Shown: positions 21,743-31,027 of the stretch, in pieces
Position numbering within the stretch: the stretch's first letter is position 1
Layout: the number at the start of each line of letters is the position of its first letter
Assembly (NCBI GenBank): GCA_045803545.1
Contig: JBJMOW010000004.1
Coordinates: 160,001 to 224,000 of the forward strand
From: Gemmatimonadaceae bacterium
GTDB taxonomy: Bacteria > Gemmatimonadota > Gemmatimonadetes > Gemmatimonadales > Gemmatimonadaceae
Direction: 5' to 3'
DNA: 64,000 bases
Position numbers and translations under genes: made by a program
Notes under the pieces: generated by a model
The model's database searches: none
What the model was told of the DNA's origin: nothing
What the model saw: only the letters and a program-made list of their open reading frames with translations

Positions 21743-22276
21743 TCAGGCGGCCTTGGTCACCGGCTTACGCACGGCCAGTTGCAACAGGCCTCCGATTACG
21801 CCGACTGCCAGAACGATCCAGGTAAGGCCGGGCGTTTCCCACCGCTGCAGTCGGAGCGCATAGTCAAGCGAGTATCGGCCTGGCCCAGTTAACGCGAGCG
21901 CCAGCGCCGCAACCGCGAACATCAGCGGATGTTCGATGCCATTGGTGGAAACGAAGAACGGGTTGGCCTTGTGGACGGTGATCATCGCAACAATCATCAC
22001 CGAGATCATCAGTGCCGGACCAACAGGTCCAAGAAGCCCCAGCGCGAGCAGGAGCCCGCCAACAAACTCGGCGAGCGCAGCAGCGGTCGCGAAGCGACTA
22101 CCAGGTCGAAAGCCGATGCTCTCCAGCCAGCCTGCGGTTCCAGCCAATCCGTAGCCGCCGAACCACCCGAAAAGTTTTTGCGAGCCGTGAGCCGCGAAAA
22201 TCAGCCCGAAGACGAGTCGGATGACAAAGAGTCCGAGGTCGAGAAGCTGAGTGTCGATCGCATCTGTGGAAGGCAT
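21743..22276 (-). CDS. DoxX family membrane protein
   Basis: AHGSQKLFGWFGG, AEFVGG, GIEHP, GPGRYSLD. Confidence 0.88.
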   Translation of the reverse strand: MPSTDAIDTQLLDLGLFVIRLVFGLIFAAHGSQKLFGWFGGYGLAGTAGWLESIGFRPGSRFATAAALAEFVGGLLLALGLLGPVGPALMISVMIVAMITVHKANPFFVSTNGIEHPLMFAVAALALALTGPGRYSLDYALRLQRWETPGLTWIVLAVGVIGGLLQLAVRKPVTKAA

Positions 22277-22357
22277 GGTGACATCTCCGCGAAAGCCGAT
22301 AGAGTGAATGTTTAGCACGGCGGTCGACAGCGACTGACCGTTACGACAGATCAAAAA

Positions 22358-22993
22358 TCAGTCTGGACTGTTGGTCCCCAGAATTTTGAGTGCGAGACAA
22401 GCGGCGCCAAAGCCGTTATCGATGTTCACGACCGCAACGCCAGGACTGCAGCTGGCCAGCATCGTGTTCAAGGCAACGACGCCACCTTGGGCAACGCCTG
22501 TGCCGACAGACGTGGGAACGCCGATTACAGGCGAGCGGAGTAGTCCGGCAACAACAGCGGGCAGCGCGCCGTCCATGCCAGCAGCGACGATGCACACCCG
22601 AGCCGCAGCAAGCTCGGGCAGAATCGACTGCAGGCGATGAATGCCGGCCACCCCGACATCGAAGTGAGTAGCGGTCGGTACTCCCATCGCCTCCAGCGTT
22701 GTCGACGCTTCGAGCGCAACAGCGATGTCTGCAGTACCGGCGGTGATTACCGGCACGGGTGCGATGTCCCGTTTCGGCCGCGGGTTACGGACCGCCATGC
22801 GCGCTTCACGATGGATCGTCGCGAATTCCTCGAGGACGTTCATTTGCTCGTCGCTCAGTCGCGAAGCGATACGGAGCTCCGGATTGTTCTCGAAGATCTC
22901 GCGCAAATGCACTGCCGTCTTGCCCGGCCCGTAGACGACCTCGGGAACGCCCGTACGCGCTTCCCGCTCCTTGTCCCAGCGAACGTGTTTCAT
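22358..22993 (-). CDS. larB: Nickel-pincer cofactor biosynthesis carboxylase/hydrolase
   Basis: GVPEVVYGPGKT, TAGTADI, DVGVAGIHRL, AGMDGALP, PTSVG, VVNIDNGFGAA. Confidence 0.92.
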   Translation of the reverse strand: MKHVRWDKEREARTGVPEVVYGPGKTAVHLREIFENNPELRIASRLSDEQMNVLEEFATIHREARMAVRNPRPKRDIAPVPVITAGTADIAVALEASTTLEAMGVPTATHFDVGVAGIHRLQSILPELAAARVCIVAAGMDGALPAVVAGLLRSPVIGVPTSVGTGVAQGGVVALNTMLASCSPGVAVVNIDNGFGAACLALKILGTNSPD

Positions 22994-23811
22994 GTAGCGG
23001 CCAGAGGGAGCGAAAGACTGCCGCTCTGCAATCCGCCGAGGTCCAACGCGACGAACCTGAAGCCAGCCTTGCGACAGACGCTACGCAGCTCGTCGCGCAG
23101 CGGATCCGACACGACTTTCTCGAACAGCGCTGGTGGCACCTCGATGCGCACCACGGTCTCGTGCCAGCGTGCGCGTGCCGGCCAGACATCGTGCGCGCGC
23201 AGAAACTCTTCCACTTGCTCGATCTGTTGCAAACGCTCCGGCGTCACTTCGATCCCCACTGGTATTCTGCTCGCCAGACACGGAGCTGCAGGTTTTTCGG
23301 CGTTGGACAAGTTCCATTGGCGTGCCAGCGCTCGCACGTCGGCTTTACCGAAGTTGGCATCGACGAGTGGCGCGACGACCCCGTGCTCCATCGCGGCGCG
23401 GAGTCCCGGCCGATGCTCGCCGAGGTCGTCGAGATGCGTTCCGACGAACATGACTTCAGTATCTCCGCGAGATGCCGCCAGCTGCTGCACGGTTTCGTAC
23501 AGCGACGTCTTGCAGAAATAACAGCGGTCGCCGGCGTTAGCGCGGTATCCGGTCAACTCGATTTCGTTGGTCTCGACTTCCTCAATCGTCGCGCCGATCT
23601 CAGACGCAATGCGATGTGCCTCGGCGCGCTCACTCGCAGCGAGCGATGGACTCACGCCCAGCAAGGCGACCGTTGGCAGTCCAGCGCGAACGCACGCCGC
23701 CAGCACCACTGTCGAATCAATCCCGCCCGAGTAGCAGACGTAGACAATTCGGCCAGCGGCCGCGACGCCAACCGCGTCAATCAGCCGCTGCTCAAGATCC
23801 AAGTGGCTCAC
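22990..23811 (-). CDS. larE: Nickel-pincer cofactor ATP-dependent sulfur transferase
   Basis: PP-loop SGGIDS, RCYFCK, DDLGEHRPG, PCLASRIP. Confidence 0.92.
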   Translation of the reverse strand: MSHLDLEQRLIDAVGVAAAGRIVYVCYSGGIDSTVVLAACVRAGLPTVALLGVSPSLAASERAEAHRIASEIGATIEEVETNEIELTGYRANAGDRCYFCKTSLYETVQQLAASRGDTEVMFVGTHLDDLGEHRPGLRAAMEHGVVAPLVDANFGKADVRALARQWNLSNAEKPAAPCLASRIPVGIEVTPERLQQIEQVEEFLRAHDVWPARARWHETVVRIEVPPALFEKVVSDPLRDELRSVCRKAGFRFVALDLGGLQSGSLSLPLAAT

Positions 23812-25027
23812 CAGCCGCCGAAGGCTCGGCGTCCCACAACGAGTTCATGACTTCCTCGCGCAGCTCGGAGATCGGCCGCGCAGTCTCTTCCGCAACACGT
23901 CGCAAATCATCGAACTCGGGCTTGGCACGCCGAGTTCCGTCGGGCAGGGTGGAAATCTTGACGCGAATGTCGTGGCCGTTCAGGCGGACGACTTTCGATT
24001 CACGCTCGAGGGCGCTTCTCAAGACGTCGAACGTTTTTACGCCGATCGTCGTGAAGTGAGTGAACATCGTTTGCTCGATTCGCGGCAGATCGTCCGCCTG
24101 GACGAGGGCCTCTACGCGCGTTCCTGGCCTTCCCTTCTTCATCGTCGTGTTCAGCAGCACCACGTCCAGCGCGCCTTTCGCGCGGAGCACGTCCGCTGCT
24201 CCAGCCAGCTCCTCGGGCGACATATCGTCGATGTCCGCGCTGAGCAGATGCAAATGCTCGGTGTGAACATGATCGTGGTGGTGGTGATGATGCTGGTGCT
24301 CGTGTTCTACCACCGCGTCGCCCATGATGATGCGCAAGGCGTTCAACTGATGCGGAATGTCGCGTGTGCCCGCGCCGTAACCGCTGCTGCGTGCCGTGTA
24401 CTCGCGCGGCGGCACGCCCTTGGAAAGAACGCGCAGCAGCGCCGCACCCGTTGGAGTTGTAAGCTCACCTGATCCCGGCGGACCGTGACTGACGTTGAAT
24501 CCCTCGAGCAGCCGAATCGTCGCCGGTGCCGGTACCGGCAATACTCCGTGTGCCGTCTTCACGGTTCCATCGCCGAGCGCGACACGGGTATTGTAGACTC
24601 GCTCGATACCGAGCAGCTCGATACCCCACAGCGAGCCGACGACATCGAGAATCGCGTCGACGGCGCCGACTTCGTGCAGATGCAGGTCGTCCGGGGCGAC
24701 GCCATGTATGGCCGCCTCGATTGTAGCGATGGCATCGAACGCGGCATGCGCGCGCTCGCGAACCTTGTCCGGAATCGAAACGACGTCTACCAGCCGATGA
24801 ATCTCGGAGACCGCGCGTCCATGCGGCTGCGGCGGAATGTCGAAATCGACCTTCACACATTTCACTGCCGACCGCTGCACTTCCGCGATGCGCACGGTCA
24901 CCCCATCGAGACCCAGTGTCGCCGGTAGCCGCGACAGCCACAGGCGATCGAGGCCGTTGTCGACGAGCGCGCCAATGAACATGTCGCCAGCGATACCGCT
25001 GGCGGGGTCGAGAACCGCGATCTTCAT
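23792..25027 (-). CDS. larC: Nickel-pincer cofactor nickel insertase
   Basis: SGIAGDM, HEVGAVDAILD, HGVLPVPAPAT, ELTTPTGAA, His-rich linker, MKKGRPG, KPEFDD. Confidence 0.93.
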   Translation of the reverse strand: MKIAVLDPASGIAGDMFIGALVDNGLDRLWLSRLPATLGLDGVTVRIAEVQRSAVKCVKVDFDIPPQPHGRAVSEIHRLVDVVSIPDKVRERAHAAFDAIATIEAAIHGVAPDDLHLHEVGAVDAILDVVGSLWGIELLGIERVYNTRVALGDGTVKTAHGVLPVPAPATIRLLEGFNVSHGPPGSGELTTPTGAALLRVLSKGVPPREYTARSSGYGAGTRDIPHQLNALRIIMGDAVVEHEHQHHHHHHDHVHTEHLHLLSADIDDMSPEELAGAADVLRAKGALDVVLLNTTMKKGRPGTRVEALVQADDLPRIEQTMFTHFTTIGVKTFDVLRSALERESKVVRLNGHDIRVKISTLPDGTRRAKPEFDDLRRVAEETARPISELREEVMNSLWDAEPSAAGEPLGS

Positions 25028-25080
25028 CCCGATAATCTAATTCCGGAACTTCCGGTTCTGATTTTGCACCCGGCCCCCGC

Positions 25081-26001
25081 ATGACATCCGAACGTTACGA
25101 TGTCGCGGTGGTCGGCGGTGGTCCAGCTGGATTGTCAGCGGCACTCTGGCTCGCGCGATACCTACATAAGGTCGTGGTGATCGATTCCGGCGATCCGCGT
25201 AACTGGGAGACGCGCGGCATCAACGGCTATCTCGGTCATCAGGGCATTCGCTCGCCGGAGCTCCGTCGACTCGGCCGCATCGAGAGCGAGAAGTACGGCG
25301 CGGACTTCATGACCGGCGTTGTCGACACCGCGGCAAACGAAACCGGCGACCTGTTCACGATCTGCCTGCGCGGCGGAAAGACAATCGAAGCGCGACGAAT
25401 CCTGCTGTCAATCGGTCTTCGAGATGTTTGGCCCGACGTTCCGGGTCTCAACGAATGTTATGGTGAGACGGTGCACGTCTGCCCCGATTGTGATGGTTAC
25501 GAGACGCACGGAAAGAAGACGGTCGTGATTGGCGTCGGACGTAAGGCAGTTGGAATGGCGCTGGCGCTGACGACGTGGACGCGCGAGATCGTCATCTGCA
25601 CCAATGGCGAGCCGCCCGACATGGAGCAGAAGCTGCTGGACCTGCTCAAGCCTCTGAACATCCCGGTGCTCGATGCGCCGATCACGTGTGTCGTCTCACA
25701 GCAAAAGGAGATTCGCGGGGTGGAGCTGGAAGGCGGAATGTCCCTTGACTGCGAGCGTCTCTACTTCGCGATCGGTCAGTACCCCTCAGACGATCTCGGT
25801 ACCCAGCTGGGATGCGAGCGTGACGAGATCGGCCGCCTGGTGATCGACGAGCACAACCACACCTCGATCAGGAATGTGTATGCAGCCGGCGACATCGCCG
25901 GCGGTGCTCAGCTCGCTATTGCAGCAGCCGCGAGCGGCGCAATCGCTGCTGTCGCCATCCACGCGTCCCTGGTTCCCGAGACGAGGAAGCTTCCGAACTA
26001 A
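25081..26001 (+). CDS. Thioredoxin-reductase-like FAD/NAD(P) oxidoreductase
   Basis: GGGPAGLSAA, CPDCDG redox motif, YAAGD. Confidence 0.82.
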   Translation: MTSERYDVAVVGGGPAGLSAALWLARYLHKVVVIDSGDPRNWETRGINGYLGHQGIRSPELRRLGRIESEKYGADFMTGVVDTAANETGDLFTICLRGGKTIEARRILLSIGLRDVWPDVPGLNECYGETVHVCPDCDGYETHGKKTVVIGVGRKAVGMALALTTWTREIVICTNGEPPDMEQKLLDLLKPLNIPVLDAPITCVVSQQKEIRGVELEGGMSLDCERLYFAIGQYPSDDLGTQLGCERDEIGRLVIDEHNHTSIRNVYAAGDIAGGAQLAIAAAASGAIAAVAIHASLVPETRKLPN

Positions 26002-26005
26002 ATCC

Positions 26006-26887
26006 CTACCAGCGCAGTGTCAGAGACTGCAGCTGATGCTTCCGCATGATCTGGAGATCAACACTGCGATCTTTTTCGTCGGCGGATCTGATTGCCTGCA
26101 CCAGATCGATCGGGCTCGACACCTTCATGTTATCTGCCCTGAGGATGATGTCGCCGCCGCGCAGTCCGGCGTTTCTCGCCGCTGATCCTTCGACGACGTT
26201 CGTCACGAAGACTCCGTCACCCTTCACGCCGAGTACATCGCACAGATCGGAATTCAGCTGCGTAAACGAGGCGCCGGCAAACGGGTAGGTTCCGCCGGCA
26301 CCGAAGCCGAGTGCGGGAGCGAGAACGGCCGGCAGCGGATCCGTCGGAACTCTGCTCCTAACGCTCAGCATGCCGGTCATCGGCTCTCGGCTGAGCGAGC
26401 CACTTCGCATGTCGAGCCGGTCTTTGACACTCATTTGCTGGGTCATCTCAACGACCATCCGCTGCTCCCAATCGGACGGCCGTTTCGTGAGCGTGCCTCT
26501 CAACATTCGCGTCCTGTCGTTTCGCCGAATCTTGAGCACGAACGGTGCGCCGACCTTGAGCCATTGGGCGAGCTCGATCGAGCCGCCACGCATATCATGG
26601 CCGTTGAACATCAGCAGCACGTCGCCGATCTGAACGCCGGCTTTTGACGCCGGTGAGTTTGGATCCACGTGAGTGACGACCGGGTAGGCGTCGAAGAACG
26701 CAGTGCCTTCATCAGTCATCATTGCGGTATCGGAGATCCGCACGCCAAACCATCCAGTCGGCTCCTTGATGACGAAGGTGCGAGTAGGTTCCTGCGCTCT
26801 TGCCGCCACGGGCAAGCAACAACACGCCACCAATGCGGCGGTGACGATCGACTTCCTGGACTCGATAATCTCCCTTCTTTGACGCAT
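26006..26887 (-). CDS. Secreted protein with two PDZ domains
   Basis: Signal peptide; GWFGV..SPASKAGVQIGDVL and SAARNAGLRGGDIIL; no protease motif. Confidence 0.78.
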   Translation of the reverse strand: MRQRREIIESRKSIVTAALVACCCLPVAARAQEPTRTFVIKEPTGWFGVRISDTAMMTDEGTAFFDAYPVVTHVDPNSPASKAGVQIGDVLLMFNGHDMRGGSIELAQWLKVGAPFVLKIRRNDRTRMLRGTLTKRPSDWEQRMVVEMTQQMSVKDRLDMRSGSLSREPMTGMLSVRSRVPTDPLPAVLAPALGFGAGGTYPFAGASFTQLNSDLCDVLGVKGDGVFVTNVVEGSAARNAGLRGGDIILRADNMKVSSPIDLVQAIRSADEKDRSVDLQIMRKHQLQSLTLRW

Positions 26888-26891
26888 CAGA

Positions 26892-27527
26892 CTAGAACCC
26901 CCTCAAGCCGGCAGTAGAAACCACCTGCCGTGTCGCCGCGCGGGCTCCCATCGTGGCCAGGAAGTACTGGTTCAAAACGGGATCGTGGGGAGCGGTTGCC
27001 AGCGCGCTCCTCGCCGCATTCGCGATCTGATCGAGTGCTTCGGCGCGGGCTCTGTAGAAGGCGGCGCTGTCTCGCGTCTGGTCGGCGAGATTGCTGGCTG
27101 CGAGATACTGAGAGGCGCGTGTGTATTCCTGAACCGCTCTATCCAGTGCGGCCGACGCCTGATCGACCGAGGCGAAACTCGCGCTCGAGGATGGGATGAA
27201 ATCGGTAGTTGCGTTGTTGTTAGCGGTAGTGGCCGTCGACGGATTCGCAGCAGTCGCCACAGCGGCGGGTTGGCTGGTCACAGTTGTCGGGAGTCCTATC
27301 GTGCTACGGCCGATTGCGATACCTCCAACGAGTAGCAGCACCGCGGCTGCCGCCTGTAGCCATTGCTGTCCGAGTGACCCTCGCCACTCGCGCGAATCCT
27401 GGATGAGACCCTCCTCTCGCGCTCGCGCCGCGATGGTCCGCCATTCGTTCAACGGTTCCTGCGGTCGCACTTTCTCCGCGGCAATGACCTGGTCGAGTTG
27501 TTCTTCAGACAGATGCGACATGTCCAT
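26892..27527 (-). CDS. Putative single-TM anti-sigma factor
   Basis: Directly downstream of the ECF sigma; HLSEEQL N-terminus, TM WLQAAAAVLLLVGGIAIG, helical periplasmic C-terminus. Confidence 0.6.
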   Translation of the reverse strand: MDMSHLSEEQLDQVIAAEKVRPQEPLNEWRTIAARAREEGLIQDSREWRGSLGQQWLQAAAAVLLLVGGIAIGRSTIGLPTTVTSQPAAVATAANPSTATTANNNATTDFIPSSSASFASVDQASAALDRAVQEYTRASQYLAASNLADQTRDSAAFYRARAEALDQIANAARSALATAPHDPVLNQYFLATMGARAATRQVVSTAGLRGF

Positions 27528-28110
27528 TCCCCTTTCTTCCTACTTTCGTCGTTGGTGAATCGTCTACAAGGTGCGCGAGCATCGTCCGTAACCGCGCGCG
27601 CGCCTTGAACAGTTGTGATTTCGATCCGCCCGGAGTGATTCCGAGCTCCTCTCCGATCTCCCCGTGCGTGTAGCCTTCGATGTCATGAAGTACAAACACG
27701 GCCCTGGCACCCGGCGACAGCTTGTTCATCGCCTGTTCTATCGATTCGGCGATGAACGTCCGGTCCGAATCCATCTCAGTCATCGCGGAGTCATCCTCGA
27801 TGTCTGTTTCCAATTTTGCGATGCGCCTTATTTTGCGTAAAGCGTTCAGCGTGCGGTTCACTGCGATGCGGTGCGCCCACGTTCCGAACTGCGAGTCGCC
27901 GCGATAGCTGGGGAGAGCTCTGAAGATCTGCATCCAGACTTCCTGAGAGATGTCGGCGGCCAGCTCGGGATCACCACAGAGCCTGCGAACAACGGCGTCG
28001 ATGTGAGGCGCATGCTGCGACCAAAGTCGCTGCATTGCCCTCTCGTCACCGTTGATTGCGCGCTTGAGGTCAAGCTGATCGATTGGCATCTCGGACAATG
28101 GCTTAGTCAC
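27505..28110 (-). CDS. ECF RNA polymerase sigma factor
   Basis: Region 2 DISQEVWMQIFR..FGTWAHRIAVN; region 4 LSPGARAVFVLHDIEGYTHGEI..SKSQLFKAR; start uncertain (28110 GTG or 28089 ATG). Confidence 0.9.
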   Translation of the reverse strand: MTKPLSEMPIDQLDLKRAINGDERAMQRLWSQHAPHIDAVVRRLCGDPELAADISQEVWMQIFRALPSYRGDSQFGTWAHRIAVNRTLNALRKIRRIAKLETDIEDDSAMTEMDSDRTFIAESIEQAMNKLSPGARAVFVLHDIEGYTHGEIGEELGITPGGSKSQLFKARARLRTMLAHLVDDSPTTKVGRKGNGHVASV

Positions 28111-28169
28111 ATCAGATGAGGATGAAGTTTCCTTCGAAAAATCGGTGACGTTTCGCTTTCCGGAATCGT

Positions 28170-28206
28170 TTGCAACCGTACGCCCATCCGCTCCGTACAG
28201 TTGCAA
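28170..28206. promoter_or_regulatory. Palindromic, bidirectional ECF-type promoter candidate
   Basis: TTGCAACCGTACG-N11-CGTACAGTTGCAA (12/13 inverted repeat) gives TGCAAC-N17-CGTAC on both strands. Confidence 0.55.
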
Positions 28207-28277
28207 AGGTCACCCGAGAGGTCGGAACCTTGCAGAGTACGGCTCAGTACAAATAAGTGTAGTTCAAGGAGTTAGCG

Positions 28278-29630
28278 TTGCTTCGAGTTATTCTAACCGC
28301 CCTGACGGTAACCCGTGCTGGCGATGGCCTGCCCATCAAGGCACCGACCGATGTCGGCATGTCCAGCACTCGGTTGGCCGCTATCGAGCGTGTCATCCAA
28401 CGGGGGATCAAGGCGGGCGGTTACCCAGGTGCGGCGGTAGTTGTGGGACGAAAGGGAGCTGCGGTCTACGAGAAGGGGTTTGGGAAGCTGTCCTGGAGTG
28501 AAAGCAGCATCCCCGTCGACGCTCAGCACACCATTTACGACATCGCGTCTCTAAGCAAGGTGGTCGGAACCACGACCGCGATCATGATTCTCTTCGATGA
28601 GAAAAAGATCGGCCTGGACGACCCGGTCGTGAACTACATCCCGACTTTTGGCGGTGGGGATAAGGACAAAGTCACCATCCGTATGCTGCTCACGCATACA
28701 TCAGGTTTGCCGGCTGGACGCGACATATGGCGCATTGCCCAGACTCCGCTCGAGGCCCGCGCCCTGGTCCTGAACACCCCCCTCGAAGGTCGGCCGGGCA
28801 TGCAGTACATCTACTCCGACCTTGGGGCCGATGTCCTCGGCATGCTGGTCGAAGTCGTCGCTGGTGAGCCGCTCGACAAGTTCCTGACCCGCCGTGTTTT
28901 CGAGCCGTTGGGCATGAACGAGACGATGTACCGGCCCGCTGATTCGCTTAAGTACCGGATCGCCCCAACCGAAGTGACGCCGCCTCGCGGATATCCTCTC
29001 CGCGGTGAGGTTCATGACGAGAACGCTTACGCATTGGGTGGCGTCGCAGGTCACGCCGGTCTATTCAGCACCGCGGCCGATCTCTCGGTCTTCGCGCAGA
29101 TGATGCTCAACGGCGGTGAGTACAACGGCGTCCAGATCATCAGCAAGCCGACGGTGGACCTATTCACCACCCGCGCTTTCGGTCATCGCGCACTCGGTTG
29201 GGACACCGCCGAGGGCGATTATGGATCTGGCCGTTACCTCGGCCCGACCGCCTACGGACACACTGGCTTCACCGGAACGTCGATGTGGATCGACCCTGAG
29301 CGCGAGATGTTCGTGATTCTGTTGACGAACCGCGTCCACGCTGCCCGTGCGCTGCGTCCGGCCAAGGTTATCTCGGATGTCCGCGCCGACCTTTCCGACG
29401 CCGCGGTGCTATCGGTTGTCGACGGACCGAAAGTCGCGGCCTCACGCGGTTTCCGCGCCGATCGCGAAGTGGGCTGGAACCCACCGCCGCCGCGCGCTTC
29501 GAGACGCCGTCATTCATCGTCGAAGCATCACACGATCGCCAGCGCCACTTCTCGCGGCCGCAGCTCAGCGAAGAAATCGAGCTCGACCAGGAAGTCTACC
29601 GCCAAAAAGAGCACCACCAAAAAGAGATAA
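28278..29630 (+). CDS. Serine hydrolase, beta-lactamase class C-like family, with a basic Ser/Lys/Arg-rich tail
   Basis: SLSK (SxxK), LLTHTSGL, YSD, VHDENA, GHAGLFS, GHTGFTG. Confidence 0.85.
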   Translation: MLRVILTALTVTRAGDGLPIKAPTDVGMSSTRLAAIERVIQRGIKAGGYPGAAVVVGRKGAAVYEKGFGKLSWSESSIPVDAQHTIYDIASLSKVVGTTTAIMILFDEKKIGLDDPVVNYIPTFGGGDKDKVTIRMLLTHTSGLPAGRDIWRIAQTPLEARALVLNTPLEGRPGMQYIYSDLGADVLGMLVEVVAGEPLDKFLTRRVFEPLGMNETMYRPADSLKYRIAPTEVTPPRGYPLRGEVHDENAYALGGVAGHAGLFSTAADLSVFAQMMLNGGEYNGVQIISKPTVDLFTTRAFGHRALGWDTAEGDYGSGRYLGPTAYGHTGFTGTSMWIDPEREMFVILLTNRVHAARALRPAKVISDVRADLSDAAVLSVVDGPKVAASRGFRADREVGWNPPPPRASRRRHSSSKHHTIASATSRGRSSAKKSSSTRKSTAKKSTTKKR

Positions 29631-29672
29631 AGATCTCTGCGATCTCCGAGATCAACGCGACACTGCTAGTAG

Positions 29673-29702
29673 AAGGGCGCCCCAATCGGGGCGCCCTTAC
29701 TT
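29673..29702 (+). terminator. Probable intrinsic terminator
   Basis: AAGGGCGCCCC-AATC-GGGGCGCCCTT, weak U-tract. Confidence 0.6.
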
Positions 29703-29737
29703 GTATACGCGGCTGTCATTTGGCGATTATTCGTTAA

Positions 29738-30094
29738 ATGACAGAGGAATCAAACCCTATCCAGACTCCTGTCGACGCCGCCCCGACCACTTCCGGCGCC
29801 GTCAGCGAAGATCAGGTGAAGCTCGCGCTGCGGCGAGTGAAAGATCCTGATCTGCAGCTCAACATCATTGACCTGGGCCTCGTTTACAACATCGCCGTCG
29901 ACGGCACGACGGTTAAGGTGGACATGACCCTGACTTCACCCGCGTGTCCATCCGGACCGGAGTTGATGACCAACGCCGAGAAGGAAGTGATGGCGCTGCC
30001 CGGGGTGGAGAAGGTGGAGGTGAATCTGGTGTGGATGCCTTTCTGGACGCCCGAGAAGATGGAGCCGCGCGTCCGAGCCTATCTCGGCTTTTGA
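29738..30094 (+). CDS. Metal-sulfur cluster assembly factor (DUF59/SufT/PaaD-like)
   Basis: VKDPDLQLNIIDLGLVY, MTLTSPACP, LVWMPFWTPEKM. Confidence 0.88.
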   Translation: MTEESNPIQTPVDAAPTTSGAVSEDQVKLALRRVKDPDLQLNIIDLGLVYNIAVDGTTVKVDMTLTSPACPSGPELMTNAEKEVMALPGVEKVEVNLVWMPFWTPEKMEPRVRAYLGF

Positions 30095-30999
30095 TATCAG
30101 CACTCGCTGAAAAACTCCGGCGAGCGCGTAGCGGGTACACACTTCTAGTCATCGCCACCTGCGTTACGAGCGTCGGTTGCGCGAGCACTCCTTCAGGCGC
30201 CAGGAAAACTGCGTCGAACTCGAAGCCGGGCATCGGCTGTCTCGACACCCTGCACGCGGCCGACTCCATGATGACCGTCATCAAGTTGAGCGTCGCTCCA
30301 CAAGACACCACCGAGAAGTTGCAGAGCGATTTCGAGGCGTTCTTCGCGCAGGAGTTTCGCCGCCGGTTTCGGGCGCCGCGGAACTTGCCGCTGAGCGTGG
30401 TGATGGGCGCGCCGCCTTGCGATTCTGCAGGCGCTCGTTGCGTTGGTGGCTACCTCGATGTGAATGCAGTCGCATACCTGACCGCCCATTACGATGGCAA
30501 GCTGTCGGATATTCAGGTCGTCGACGCGACGCTCACCCCCGATCTCGCGGACAGCGTGCGGAGCGCTCTGCAGACGATGAGTCACCAAGGCCTTGGCCCG
30601 ACGATGGATGCCGATACCATGGCATTGATCGTTCGCCTCGAGGGAGACCCCAATCCCGACACCGTTCCCGAAATCCGGCACGTGTTCCTGGCCAAGGTGC
30701 CTCATTACAACCTTCCATTTAGGTATGCGTCGATGCCCGCGTCTGGTGTCGAGCCGCGGTATCCCTTCGCGGCTCGCCTGGCGGGAGTCGGGGACAGCGT
30801 CGCCATCGCATTCACTGTCGATGCGGAAGGCAGAATCGCGCCTGAGTCACTCGAGTTAATGCGGGCCAGTTATGGGGATTTCGTCGCCTCGGTCGTGAAT
30901 GCCCTCCAACGGACACGCTACCATCCGGCACGGCTCGGGGATTGCCCCGTCAGTACACGAATGAGTCAACGTTTTCTTTTCGACGTTCCGAAAGAATGA
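30091..30999 (+). CDS. Putative lipoprotein with a TonB C-terminal-like domain
   Basis: TTG start overlapping the upstream TGA; SVGC lipobox; PRYPFAARLAGVGDSVAIAFTVDAEG...YHPARLGDCPV. Confidence 0.6.
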   Translation: MISALAEKLRRARSGYTLLVIATCVTSVGCASTPSGARKTASNSKPGIGCLDTLHAADSMMTVIKLSVAPQDTTEKLQSDFEAFFAQEFRRRFRAPRNLPLSVVMGAPPCDSAGARCVGGYLDVNAVAYLTAHYDGKLSDIQVVDATLTPDLADSVRSALQTMSHQGLGPTMDADTMALIVRLEGDPNPDTVPEIRHVFLAKVPHYNLPFRYASMPASGVEPRYPFAARLAGVGDSVAIAFTVDAEGRIAPESLELMRASYGDFVASVVNALQRTRYHPARLGDCPVSTRMSQRFLFDVPKE

Positions 31000-31027
31000 A
31001 TCCGCTCCGCACACTAGCAACGCGCGC

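Noticed and set aside
22637..23850. Long plus-strand ORFs (294 and 363 aa) opposite larBE, and similar shadow ORFs such as 38545-39498 and 10990-11733
   Set aside because: They are antisense to well-supported genes, lack motifs, and are expected in high-GC DNA.
24265..24310. Programmed frameshift or split in larC at the His-rich linker
   Set aside because: larC is a single uninterrupted frame here.
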